Below, piece after piece: positions 1 to 8,905 of a stretch of 64,000 bases of DNA. The translations under genes and the position numbers were made by a program. Under the pieces are notes generated by a model, which had not been told where the DNA came from, made no database searches, and saw only the letters and a program-made list of their open reading frames with translations. Positions within the stretch are counted from its first letter, which is position 1; each line of letters starts with the position of its first letter. Source of the DNA: Chloroflexota bacterium (GTDB taxonomy: Bacteria > Chloroflexota > UBA11872 > VXOZ01); assembly GCA_963663275.1 (NCBI GenBank), contig OY760183.1:1056001-1120000 (forward strand), written 5' to 3'.

Positions 1-224
1 TATCCACGGAGTACGGCATCGTGCGCAAGGCCGGCGCCCACTACTCCCACGGCGACACCCGCCTCGGCCTGGGGCGCGAGAACGTGCGCAACTTCCTCAA
101 GGAAAACGGCGACATCGCCGCGGAGATCGAGCAGAAGGTGCGCGCCCACGCCCAGGAAACGCTGGACGCCGCGCCCGCGGACGAACCGGCCGCGGCGGTA
201 GCGAACGCGGGAAAGCGCGGCTAA
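1..224 (+). CDS. recA: RecA recombinase, C-terminal end (partial, begins before window)
   Basis: Frame reads STEYGIVRKAGAHYSHGDTRLGLGRENVRNFLKENGDIAAEIEQKVR, matching the RecA C-terminal domain (GIxxKxGAWYSY..RLGQGRENAKxFLKEN). Confidence 0.88.
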   Translation, partial: STEYGIVRKAGAHYSHGDTRLGLGRENVRNFLKENGDIAAEIEQKVRAHAQETLDAAPADEPAAAVANAGKRG

Positions 225-231
225 GCATCCG

Positions 232-1620
232 ATGAACCGGCGCTACTTCATCACCCTGGCATTCATCATCGTCTTCGTCGTGCTGGCGGGCTACGTCAAC
301 TGGCCTGACAATCCCGGCATGGACGTCGGTTTCGGCGGCGCGCGCCTGGTGCGCGACCTCCGCTATCACCTGGGCCTCGACCTTCAAGGCGGGCTGCACG
401 TGGTGCTGCGGGCCACGCCTTCCGAGGGCCAGGAAATCACCGGCGACCACATGGAAGCCACCCGCGACATCATTGCGCAGCGCGTGAACGCGCTCGGCGT
501 TTCGGAACCCATAGTGCAACTGGAGGGCACGGACCGCATCATCGTGGAACTTCCCGGCGTGGAGAATCCCGATGAAGCCATCGCGCTCTTCCGCGAAACC
601 GGCGAACTCGCATTCGTCAACCTAGGCAGGAGCACGGTGCCGCCGGTGCAGGTCGGCGGCCTGGTGCAAGGCGAACAGTATAGCCGCCTCTTCACCGGCG
701 CGCAGGTCGAATCCGCCGAAGTCGGCTTCGACGAGCGCGGCTTGCCGCAGATCAACTTCGAACTGAAAGACGAAGGCGCCGCCGTCTTCGAAACCTTTAC
801 CTCCCAGAACGTCTGCGCGCGGGCCGGCGGCGAGCCGTGCACCTGGCTGGGCATCACGCTGGACGACATCCTCATCTCCGCCGCCACGATTTCCAGCCCC
901 ATCTCGAATCGCGGCCGCATCACCGGCAGCTTTACCCTGGATGAAGCCCGCGACATCGTCATCAAGCTGAAGTACGGCGCGCTGCCGGTGCCGTTGGAAA
1001 TCGCGCAGAACCGCACCGTCGGACCCACCCTCGGCCAGGACTCCGTAGACCGCAGCCTGCGGGCCGGCATCATCGGCCTGGCGCTGGTAGCCGTGTTCAT
1101 GTTCATCTACTATCGTCTGCCCGGCCTGGTGGCCGTCGTCGCCCTGCTCATCTACGCGCTGCTCGTGCTCGGCATCTTCAAGCTGTGGCCGGTGGTGCTC
1201 ACGCTGGCGGGCATTGCCGGTTTCATCCTCTCCGTGGGCATGGCCGTGGACGCGAACATCCTGATCTTCGAGCGGCTGAAGGAAGAACTGCGCCGGGGCC
1301 GCACCTTGCGCTCGGCGCTGGACGTCGGTTTCGAGCGGGCGTGGACTTCGATCCGGGATTCGAATATCTCCACGCTCATCACCTGCGCGGTGCTCTTCTA
1401 CTTTGGCACGGGCATCGTGCGCGGCTTTGCCGTAACGCTTGCCATCGGCGTCATCATCAGCATGTTCACGGCGATCACGGTCACGCGCACCTTCCTCTAC
1501 CTGGTGGTGCGCATGCCGCGCGTGCGCGATCACCCCTGGCTCTGCGGCGTGGCGGCCGCCGCGCAGGAGCAGTCCCAAGGACCGCGCCAATCCCCGCCGC
1601 AGCACGCCACGGAACCATAG
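232..1620 (+). CDS. secD: Protein translocase subunit SecD
   Basis: LGLDLQGG, RVNALGVSEP, VGPTLGQDS, GMAVDANILIFERLKEE motifs; N-terminal TM plus 5 C-terminal TMs. Confidence 0.96.
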   Translation: MNRRYFITLAFIIVFVVLAGYVNWPDNPGMDVGFGGARLVRDLRYHLGLDLQGGLHVVLRATPSEGQEITGDHMEATRDIIAQRVNALGVSEPIVQLEGTDRIIVELPGVENPDEAIALFRETGELAFVNLGRSTVPPVQVGGLVQGEQYSRLFTGAQVESAEVGFDERGLPQINFELKDEGAAVFETFTSQNVCARAGGEPCTWLGITLDDILISAATISSPISNRGRITGSFTLDEARDIVIKLKYGALPVPLEIAQNRTVGPTLGQDSVDRSLRAGIIGLALVAVFMFIYYRLPGLVAVVALLIYALLVLGIFKLWPVVLTLAGIAGFILSVGMAVDANILIFERLKEELRRGRTLRSALDVGFERAWTSIRDSNISTLITCAVLFYFGTGIVRGFAVTLAIGVIISMFTAITVTRTFLYLVVRMPRVRDHPWLCGVAAAAQEQSQGPRQSPPQHATEP

Positions 1621-1644
1621 AGACCATAGGGCAGTGAATCCGCG

Positions 1645-3435
1645 ATGCCGCTAGCCACCCGTCCCGTAGACTCCGTCCGGGGGATGCTGGACTTGGACGC
1701 CCAGCAGACCCACGCGCAGGCGCAGCTACGGCATTCGCTGCTTGGCGCTTTTCAACTCGCCGGCTATTCGCCGATCGAAGCGCCGCTGGTGGAGCAGGCC
1801 GACCTCTACCTGCGCAAGTCCGGCGCCGAGACCATCTCCAAGATGTACACGTTCGAGGATTTCAGCGGCCGCCGCCTGGCGCTGCGCCCGGAGTTTACGG
1901 CCTCTATCGTCCGCTACTACCTGAGCAACGACCAGAACGCGCCCTTCCCGCTGCGCTACGCCTACGCCGGGCCCGCCTTTCGCTATGAAAAACCGCAGCG
2001 CGGCCGCTACCGGCAGTTTTCCATGGCCGGCGTGGAGCTATTCGGCAGCGACGGCCCCGCCGCCGACGCCGAGGTAATCGCCCTGGCGTGCTGGACTCTG
2101 AAGCGGCTTGGCGTCCAGCGGTACCGGCTGGTTATCGGCCACGTTGGCATTCTGCTGGAACTGCTGGGCAGCCTGGGGCTCTCCACCCGCCTGCGGCACT
2201 TCCTGCTGGATAGCATGGAAGACGTGGGCCGGCCGGGGCGCGGCTTGGACTACGTGCGCAGGCGGCTGGAGGAAATTCATCCGGCGCGGCAGCCGGCCGC
2301 GCCGGTGCGTGCTTCGACAGGCTCAGCACGAACGGGGGAGGCGGCGCAAGCGGAAGGCTCAGCGCGAACAGGGGAGTCGGCGCAAGCGGAAGGCTCAGCA
2401 CGAACGGGGAAGGCGGAGCAAGCGGAAGGGGCAGCGCAAACGGAAGACTCAGCGCGAACGGAAGGGGCGGCGCAGACGGGAGAGTCTGCGCAGTCGGAAG
2501 GGTTGGCGCTAACGGCGGGAGCGGAAGCACAGCCCGGATCCGGCGTGCAGGCCGGCGACGAGGAGAGTGCGCTGACCGCCACCGAGGAGAATAAGCTGTC
2601 CACTTATGGGGCGGAAGCGTTGTCCGGTTCCGAGGCGCAGGCGCACGCTACGCTGCAAGCCTCGTTGCGGGAGATGGGCATCGAACTGGACGGCAGCCGG
2701 CCGGCGGCGGCGATACTGGGCCGCATGTTCGATAAGCAGCGCGCCTCCGCCGAGGACGAGCGCCTGGAACGCGCTTTCGCTTTCATCCAAGGCCTGCACC
2801 GGCTTACGGGCGCGCCCGGCCAGGTGCTGGAACGCGCGCGGGCTTTTCTGGCGGAGTACGGCCTGGGCGACCGGCTCCTGGGCCGCCTTGAGGACGTAAT
2901 CGGCGCGCTGGCCGCCCACGGCATCGAGGACTCCCACGTGGAAGTGCAACTCGCCCTGGGGCGCGGTCTCCACTATTACACCGACGTGGTCTTCGAACTG
3001 TACGATAAATCCGGCCAGAGCCAGTTGTGCGGCGGCGGCCGCTACAACGAACTGGTGCAATCCCTCGGCGGGCGCAAGTCGATCCCCGCGGTCGGCTTCG
3101 CCTTTGGGCTGGAGCGCCTCCGCCTGGCGCTGGAGCGGCAGGGAACCCCCTTGCCCGCGCCGCCCCGGACGCGGGTGCTGGTGGCGGCCGCCGCGCCCAA
3201 CGCCGCTCACGCCGCCATGCGCGCGGCGCAACGGCTGCGGGAGCACGGCATCCAAACGGAATACGACCTGCGGCAACGCGCCCCCCGCGCGCGCGTCGGC
3301 TACGCCAACCGCCGGCAGATACCCTACCTCCTGCTGGTCGAGGACGACGTGGCGCGTCCGACGCTCTACGATCTCGCGGAGGGCAGCGAACGGACTATGC
3401 CGCTCAGTGACGTGGCGCAGGTGCTCGATGGCTGA
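1645..3435 (+). CDS. hisS: Histidine--tRNA ligase (HisS/HisZ family) with a long low-complexity insertion
   Basis: LRPEFTAS, FRYEKPQRGRYRQF, RGLHYYT, GGGRYNEL, GFAFGLERL motifs and a C-terminal anticodon-binding domain (favours HisS); adjacency to hisG leaves a HisZ role possible. Confidence 0.75.
   Translation: MPLATRPVDSVRGMLDLDAQQTHAQAQLRHSLLGAFQLAGYSPIEAPLVEQADLYLRKSGAETISKMYTFEDFSGRRLALRPEFTASIVRYYLSNDQNAPFPLRYAYAGPAFRYEKPQRGRYRQFSMAGVELFGSDGPAADAEVIALACWTLKRLGVQRYRLVIGHVGILLELLGSLGLSTRLRHFLLDSMEDVGRPGRGLDYVRRRLEEIHPARQPAAPVRASTGSARTGEAAQAEGSARTGESAQAEGSARTGKAEQAEGAAQTEDSARTEGAAQTGESAQSEGLALTAGAEAQPGSGVQAGDEESALTATEENKLSTYGAEALSGSEAQAHATLQASLREMGIELDGSRPAAAILGRMFDKQRASAEDERLERAFAFIQGLHRLTGAPGQVLERARAFLAEYGLGDRLLGRLEDVIGALAAHGIEDSHVEVQLALGRGLHYYTDVVFELYDKSGQSQLCGGGRYNELVQSLGGRKSIPAVGFAFGLERLRLALERQGTPLPAPPRTRVLVAAAAPNAAHAAMRAAQRLREHGIQTEYDLRQRAPRARVGYANRRQIPYLLLVEDDVARPTLYDLAEGSERTMPLSDVAQVLDG
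2308..2520 (+). repeat. In-frame 36-bp (18-bp sub-unit) tandem repeat inside hisS, seeded by an intergenic palindrome
   Basis: cgtgcttcgacaggctcagcacgaacgg (2308-2335) followed by decaying copies encoding (GSARTGEAAQAE)n. Confidence 0.85.
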
Positions 3436-4438
3436 AGCCCTGCGTCTCCTCGTGCCCAGCAAGGGCCGCATCGGGGAACAGACCCTCGAATTCCTGGCGG
3501 GGAGCGGCTTGGCCGTGGCGCGCTCCAATTCACGCGCCTACCAGGCCGCGCTGCCGGCGGTAGCGGACGTGACCGTGCTCTTCCAACGGGCGTGGCAACT
3601 GGTGGAACAGATCCGCGACGGCGACGCCGACGCCGGCATCACCGGCTTCGACATCCTCTCCGAAATGCGGCAGGAAGGCGACGACCTGGTGGTGGTGGCG
3701 GCAGACCTGGGCTACTCCCAGGGGCGGCTGGCGATTGCCGTGCCGGAGGCCTGGATCGACGTGCGCACGTTGACCGACCTGGCGGAAGTGGCGCTGGAGT
3801 TTCGCGAGCGGGGCCGGGTGCTGCGCATCGCCACCACGTTCCCCAGCCTGACGCGCCGGTTTCTCTTTCAACAGGGCATCACCTACTTTCACGTGGTGCA
3901 GGCCGAGGGCGGATTGGAAGCCGCGCCCACCCTGGGCTACGCGGACATCATCGTCGATCTGGTCTCCACCGGCGCCACGCTCAAGGACAACCGCCTGAAG
4001 ATGATCGAACACGGCGTAATCCTGCCCACCCAGGCGTGCTTGATCGCTAATCGCGAACGGCTGCGCGCCAGTCCGGGCAAGCGGGAGGCCTTGCGCCAAA
4101 TCCTGGAGTTCGTGGAAGCCTCGCAACGGGCAAAGCCCTACTCCACGCTTACCGCCAACATCCGGGGAGAATCCGCGGCGGCGGTGGCGGCAAGGCTGGC
4201 GGCCTTTCCGGAAGTCAGCGGCTTGCTGGGCCCCACGGTGGCGCGGGTGTTCCCCAGCGACGAGCGGGACGCCGCCTGGTTCGCCGTCACCATTCAGGTG
4301 AAGTCGCGGGACTTGCTGCCGGCGGTGGCGCGATTGCGCCAGGCCGGCTGCGCCAGCGTCTCCGTCGCTGCGCCGCAGTACATCTTCGCCAACGAGTGCG
4401 AACTCTACCGGCGGCTGCTGAAGACCTTGAAACTATGA
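3428..4438 (+). CDS. hisG: ATP phosphoribosyltransferase, long form
   Basis: ATG at 3428 overlapping the hisS end; LLVPSKGR, DAGITGFD, RIATTFP, DIIVDLVSTGATLKDNRL; C-terminal regulatory domain present. Confidence 0.93.
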   Translation: MAEALRLLVPSKGRIGEQTLEFLAGSGLAVARSNSRAYQAALPAVADVTVLFQRAWQLVEQIRDGDADAGITGFDILSEMRQEGDDLVVVAADLGYSQGRLAIAVPEAWIDVRTLTDLAEVALEFRERGRVLRIATTFPSLTRRFLFQQGITYFHVVQAEGGLEAAPTLGYADIIVDLVSTGATLKDNRLKMIEHGVILPTQACLIANRERLRASPGKREALRQILEFVEASQRAKPYSTLTANIRGESAAAVAARLAAFPEVSGLLGPTVARVFPSDERDAAWFAVTIQVKSRDLLPAVARLRQAGCASVSVAAPQYIFANECELYRRLLKTLKL

Positions 4439-4522
4439 AGCGTGACGCGCCCGGGGTAGACCGCGGCGGCGCGTTTATGGTACGTACAACACACGGCACA
4501 GGCACAAGGGTAGTGGAATATC

Positions 4523-5416
4523 ATGTTTGACATTGTCGGCCGCAGAAAGTGGGCCTACGTTGTATCCGCGCTGATACTGGCGCCCAGCATCCTCTCGCTC
4601 ATCATCTTTCGCTTGCAACTGGGCATCGACTTTTCCGGCGGCACGATCTATGAACTGCGCTTCGCGTCCACCCCGCCCACCGAGGCGATCAAGCGCGTCT
4701 ACCTGGAGCAAGACCTGGGCGAACCGCTGGTGCAGGCCACGGGCGAAGGCTCGGTGATCGTCCGCTCCAAGGAACTCGGGCTGGAAGAGAAGCAGGCCGT
4801 GCGCGCCGCGCTGGAGGAAGAACACGGCCAGGCGGAAGAGTTGCGCTTCGAGGCCGTGGGGCCGGTGATTGCCCGCGAACTGACGCAGCGCGCGATTCTG
4901 GCGGTGCTGGTGGCCTCCGTGGGCATTTTGGTCTACATAACGTGGGCCTTCCGCCATGTGCCGCAGCCTTTCCGCTACGGCGTCTGCGCCATTTGCGCGC
5001 TGGTGCACGACGTGTTGGTGGTGCTGGGCGTTTTCTCCGTGCTGGGATTCCTGGTGAATAAAGAGATCGACTCGATGTTCATCACGGCGATTCTCACCGC
5101 CATCGGCTATTCAGTGCACGATACGATCGTGGTCTTCGACCGGGTGCGGGAAAACCGCGCCAAATATACCCACGCGCCGCTGCCCACCGTGGTGAACTTC
5201 AGCGTCAACCAGACGATCGACCGTTCCCTCAATACGTCCATCACCCTGCTCATCACGCTCTTTGCCCTCTACCTCTTCGGCGGCCTGGCAATCAAGGACT
5301 TCGTCCTGGCGCTCCTGATCGGCACCGCCACCGGCACCTATTCCTCCATCTTCATCGCCGCCAGCCTGCTGGTGGATTGGGACATCTTCTCCCGACGCCA
5401 GGTCGAGCCGGCGTAG
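4523..5416 (+). CDS. secF: Protein translocase subunit SecF
   Basis: LGIDFSGGT, VGPVIAREL, IGYSVHDTIVVFDRVREN, GTYSSIFIA motifs. Confidence 0.96.
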   Translation: MFDIVGRRKWAYVVSALILAPSILSLIIFRLQLGIDFSGGTIYELRFASTPPTEAIKRVYLEQDLGEPLVQATGEGSVIVRSKELGLEEKQAVRAALEEEHGQAEELRFEAVGPVIARELTQRAILAVLVASVGILVYITWAFRHVPQPFRYGVCAICALVHDVLVVLGVFSVLGFLVNKEIDSMFITAILTAIGYSVHDTIVVFDRVRENRAKYTHAPLPTVVNFSVNQTIDRSLNTSITLLITLFALYLFGGLAIKDFVLALLIGTATGTYSSIFIAASLLVDWDIFSRRQVEPA

Positions 5417-5440
5417 CCCCGGTCCGGCAGGCGAAATAAC

Positions 5441-5526
5441 TCCCTCTCCCTCAGGGAGAGGGCCGGGGTGAGGGGGGGACGAGAGAAAGGTAGACACTCC
5501 GGTAGCGCAGGTTTGCAACCTGCGCC
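5441..5526. repeat. Intergenic palindromes: CCCTCTCCC-N-GGGAGAGGG-CCGGGGTGAGGG family plus GTAG REP-B
   Basis: ccctctccctcagggagagggccggggtgagggg and gtagcgcaggtttgcaacctgcgc between convergent secF and alr; both recur in the window. Confidence 0.85.
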
Positions 5527-5617
5527 GTAGCGCCGCTGCCTCGTTGGGCCGTCGCCCCGCCTCAACGGCAAACACCGCCACGCACAACCGCCCCTCGAAC
5601 CAACGATCCCGCGCCAA

Positions 5618-6766
5618 CTACGGCACGGCGATGCGCGGCAGATCCGGGTTGATGCGGCTCACAATCTCGTAATTGATCGTCCCCACGTGGGCGGCCAGGC
5701 GCTCCGCCGGCATCCCGGGTCCCAGCAGCGTCACCTCATCACCCACCCGCGCACCAGAAACGTCGGTCACGTCGAGAATGGTCATGTTCATCATCACGCG
5801 CCCGACAACGGCTGCCAGCTTGCCGCGAATAACGACCTCCCCCAGATTCGACAGCTTGCGGTCGTAGCCGTCGGCATACCCCACCGGAATCACCGCCAGG
5901 CGCGAGTCGCGCCGCAAGCGATGGGTGCGGCCGTAGCCCACGGTTTCGCCGCGCGCCGCCTGCTGCACATGCACGATGCGCGTCTTCCAGCACAGCGCCG
6001 GTCGGAGCGTGAGCGGACGCGCAGCGCGTTCCGTCATGGCGATCTGCGTATCCAGCGACGGCCACAAGCCGTAGAGACCGATGCCGATGCGCGCCAACGT
6101 GCCGTGTGCGGCCGGCGCCACCATGGCCGCGGCGCTCGCCGCCATGTGTTGGTAGGGCACGTGGAGGCCGGCGCGTGCCAAGCCCGCCTGAACCTCCGCG
6201 AAACGGCTCATCTGCAATTGGAGATAGGAGTCATCCGCCGTATCTTCCGCCGTGGCAAAGTGGGTGTAAATGCCCTCGACTTCAAGGTTCGGCATGGCCC
6301 GCAACCGGCGGACGAAGGCGAGCGCCTGGTCGAACGCCACGCCCAGGCGGAACGTGCCGGTCTCGATCTTCACGTGCACGGCGGCGGTCGTGTTGTGCCG
6401 CGCCGCCGCCTGCGCCAGCGCCTCGGCGGACTCCTGATCGAAGACCACCTGCCGGAACCCATGGCGCGCGACGTCGGCGGCCCGGCCCGGCGGCGTGTAC
6501 CCCATGATCAGCACCGGCAGCGGGCGGGCGTCCTGGGTAACGGTCAGGCCGCCGTGGTGGAGCGCCAAGGCTTCGTCAAGGGTATCGACCCCCAGCCAAT
6601 CAACGTGATCCGCGATGCCGCGGGCGACGACCCTCAACCCATGACCGTAGGCGTTGGCCTTGACCACGGCCAACAGCGCGGCGTCGGGGCTGAGCCGCTC
6701 CCTGAAGGCGGCGACATTGTGCCGCAAGGCGGCGCGGCTGATTTCGATCCAGGAAAGGGGTTCCAT
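5618..6766 (-). CDS. alr: Alanine racemase
   Basis: AVVKANAYGHG PLP-lysine motif, HVKIETG, GIYTHFATA, PVGYADG, GRVMMNM, GTINYEI. Confidence 0.96.
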   Translation of the reverse strand: MEPLSWIEISRAALRHNVAAFRERLSPDAALLAVVKANAYGHGLRVVARGIADHVDWLGVDTLDEALALHHGGLTVTQDARPLPVLIMGYTPPGRAADVARHGFRQVVFDQESAEALAQAAARHNTTAAVHVKIETGTFRLGVAFDQALAFVRRLRAMPNLEVEGIYTHFATAEDTADDSYLQLQMSRFAEVQAGLARAGLHVPYQHMAASAAAMVAPAAHGTLARIGIGLYGLWPSLDTQIAMTERAARPLTLRPALCWKTRIVHVQQAARGETVGYGRTHRLRRDSRLAVIPVGYADGYDRKLSNLGEVVIRGKLAAVVGRVMMNMTILDVTDVSGARVGDEVTLLGPGMPAERLAAHVGTINYEIVSRINPDLPRIAVP

Positions 6767-6909
6767 GATTTAATCGTTCGGGCCCGGTTGGAGGGGCACG
6801 AGCCTGTAACGGCTGGAGGCTCCATGACCCGCATTAACGCGGATTCTTGACCACAATGGTGTCGCGCTAACGTAGCGCGGAGGCAAATCGAAAGTGATGT
6901 CGCTCTACC

Positions 6910-7161
6910 GTAGCGCGGGGGCTTGTCCCCCGCCTCTGGAAATTCGGTTGCGCTGGCATGGCGGGAACCGGCGCAGGTTGAAAACCTACGCTACCGGAGG
7001 GAACCGCTTAGCTCAATTACATCCCGTAGCGCGGGGGCTTGTCCCCCGCCTTTGAAAACTCGATTGCGCCGGTGTGACGGGAACCCGCGCAGGTTGAAAA
7101 CCCACGCTACCGGAGGGAACCGCTTAGCTCGATCACATCCCGTAGCGCGGGGGCTTGTCCC
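6910..7161 (+). repeat. BIME-like array of GTAG REP-A/REP-B doublets (116-bp period), third unit interrupted by the IS and continuing at 8356-8440
   Basis: gtagcgcgggggcttgtcccccgcc at 6910, 7026 and 7142 alternating with gcgcaggttgaaaacctacgctac. Confidence 0.88.
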
Positions 7162-8355
7162 CAATGCTGTCGCATTAACCGCTGAAGCGGAGTGCGCGGG
7201 GCAAGGAAGCGGCAAGCGTTCGCAGCCAAGAGACGCGAGTGCTGCTAGCTGGACGTAGTTCCTCTAAGAGCTGTGCGAGCACGGCCACGATGCTGGCGAC
7301 CACCAAGGTGAGCCAGACGGCGGCACGGCTGTATCCAATGGGGCGGATTGCGCCCAACACATGCTTCAGCCAGCGAAAGAACAACTCGATCTGCCAGCGC
7401 TTGCGGTAGAGCCACACCACCTCTGGAGCGCTCAGGTCGTGACGGTCGGTGATGAAGTGGTGCGTTTTCCCCTGCGCCGTACGGCTGACCACCAGGCGCA
7501 TCTCTGCTAAGACCGCGCCGTTGCGGTTGTTGGCGCTGCCCAGCACGATCACCGCATCCCGCACCACCACGTCTCCTGCCGGCGTGCGCGCGCCGGTCAC
7601 GGCACGCTCGCGCACCACGCAGTAGGCAGCCTGCGGGTGCAGGCGCGTCACGAAGTGCACACCTGCCTCCCGCATCTGCGCAAAGACCCGATGCGCGTAG
7701 TAGCCCAAGTCTAGCAAGAGCGTCCAGCCCTGCCACCGCGCCAGACCCCAACGCTTGAACGCCGTCACGTCATTCGCGTCCGCCAACGTCACCTGTAACC
7801 GCGTCGGCACCTGTGTGTCCACGGCATATGCCATCTGCAGCCGTACTCCCGCCTCATGTCCTTGGTGCACGCTCCACGGACTACACGCCGCGCTCAGCGC
7901 CAGAAAACTGCCGTCCACCGCCACCACCCGCCGTACGTGCGCCGGCCCACGTGCTTGCACCTGCCGCGCCAACACCTCCCACGCCGCCGTAAAACACGCC
8001 AACGGCCGCGTCTGGGATGAACGTGCCAACTGACTGTAACTTATGCCCGACGCTAAACCCAACCGCCGTCGCCACACCACATCACCCATCTGCAGCCCAT
8101 GGCTTTGCCGCAGGCTCCCACTCCCACTCAGCACGTGTCCAAGCAGCATCCCCACATGCGCTCGCACCGAAAAATGCTTGCGATAGCGATCCGCTCCCCT
8201 CACCCGTGCTGCCGCCGTCAGCGCCGGCTCCAACTCACGCCATAGCCGCCGTCCTACTCCTACCGTCTGTGCTACCATTAGCCAGGGCTCCTTTGTAAGA
8301 TATATCGCTCATTACCTTACTAAAGTAGCCCCTTCACTTTAATGCGACAACATTG
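7162..8355 (-). mobile_element. IS4-family insertion sequence, copy 1 (1194 bp)
   Basis: 17-bp TIRs caatgctgtcgcattaa / ttaatgcgacaacattg; 11-bp TSD gggcttgtccc (7151-7161, 8356-8366); near-identical copy at 42012-43205. Confidence 0.95.
7175..8278 (-). CDS. IS4-family DDE transposase
   Basis: VAVDGS, LLDLGYY and YRKRWQIELFFRWLK (Y-2-R-3-E-6-K signature); stop codon lies inside the TIR. Confidence 0.93.
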   Translation of the reverse strand: MVAQTVGVGRRLWRELEPALTAAARVRGADRYRKHFSVRAHVGMLLGHVLSGSGSLRQSHGLQMGDVVWRRRLGLASGISYSQLARSSQTRPLACFTAAWEVLARQVQARGPAHVRRVVAVDGSFLALSAACSPWSVHQGHEAGVRLQMAYAVDTQVPTRLQVTLADANDVTAFKRWGLARWQGWTLLLDLGYYAHRVFAQMREAGVHFVTRLHPQAAYCVVRERAVTGARTPAGDVVVRDAVIVLGSANNRNGAVLAEMRLVVSRTAQGKTHHFITDRHDLSAPEVVWLYRKRWQIELFFRWLKHVLGAIRPIGYSRAAVWLTLVVASIVAVLAQLLEELRPASSTRVSWLRTLAASLPRALRFSG

Positions 8356-8533
8356 GGGCTTGTCCCCCGCCTTTGGGAACTCGATTGCGCTGGCATGGCG
8401 GGAACCCGCGCAGGTTGAAAACCTACGCTACCGGAGGGAACCGGCTGGAACATTGTATCGAAAATACCGGTAGCGCAGGTTTGTAACCTGCGTCTTCCGT
8501 AGGGTCAATGCATTTCGTTCTCGCTCTTGTTCC

Positions 8534-8818
8534 GGCGGGTGACAAGCCCCCGCGCTACGAGTAGTGAACGGGCGGGTGACAAGCCCCCGCGCTACGGGTA
8601 GTGAACGGGCGGGTGACAAGCCCCCGCGCTACGGGTAGTGAACGAGCGGGTGACAAGCCCCCGCGCTACGGGTAGTGAACGGACGAGGGACAGGCCCCCG
8701 CGCTACGGGTAGTGAACGGGTGGGGGACAAGCCCCCGCGCTATGGGTAGTGAACGGGCGGAGGACAAGCCCCCACGCTATGGGAAGTGAACGGGCGGGTG
8801 ACAAGCCCCCGCGCTACG
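8534..8818 (-). repeat. Tandem array of 8 x 37-bp units each containing an inverted REP-A
   Basis: ggcgggtgacaagcccccgcgctacgggtagtgaacg; core at 8541, 8578, 8615, 8652, 8689, 8726, 8763, 8800. Confidence 0.93.
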
Positions 8819-8846
8819 TTAATGCGACAGCATTGGGGCTTGTCCC
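8819..8846. mobile_element. Solo IS4 terminal inverted repeat followed by the REP target half-site
   Basis: ttaatgcgacagcattg is the exact reverse complement of the TIR at 7162, followed by gggcttgtccc. Confidence 0.8.
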
Positions 8847-8905
8847 CCCGCTGCTTGGCGTCGAAGGCAAAGGCCGTCTTGGGCAGAGATTTAGGCAAAA
8901 CTCCC

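Noticed and set aside
8534-8818. 37-bp periodic array as a CRISPR or TIGR-like guide array
   Set aside because: Linkers are near-identical rather than unique spacers, the unit is the dispersed REP-A, and no cas or Nop-domain gene is nearby
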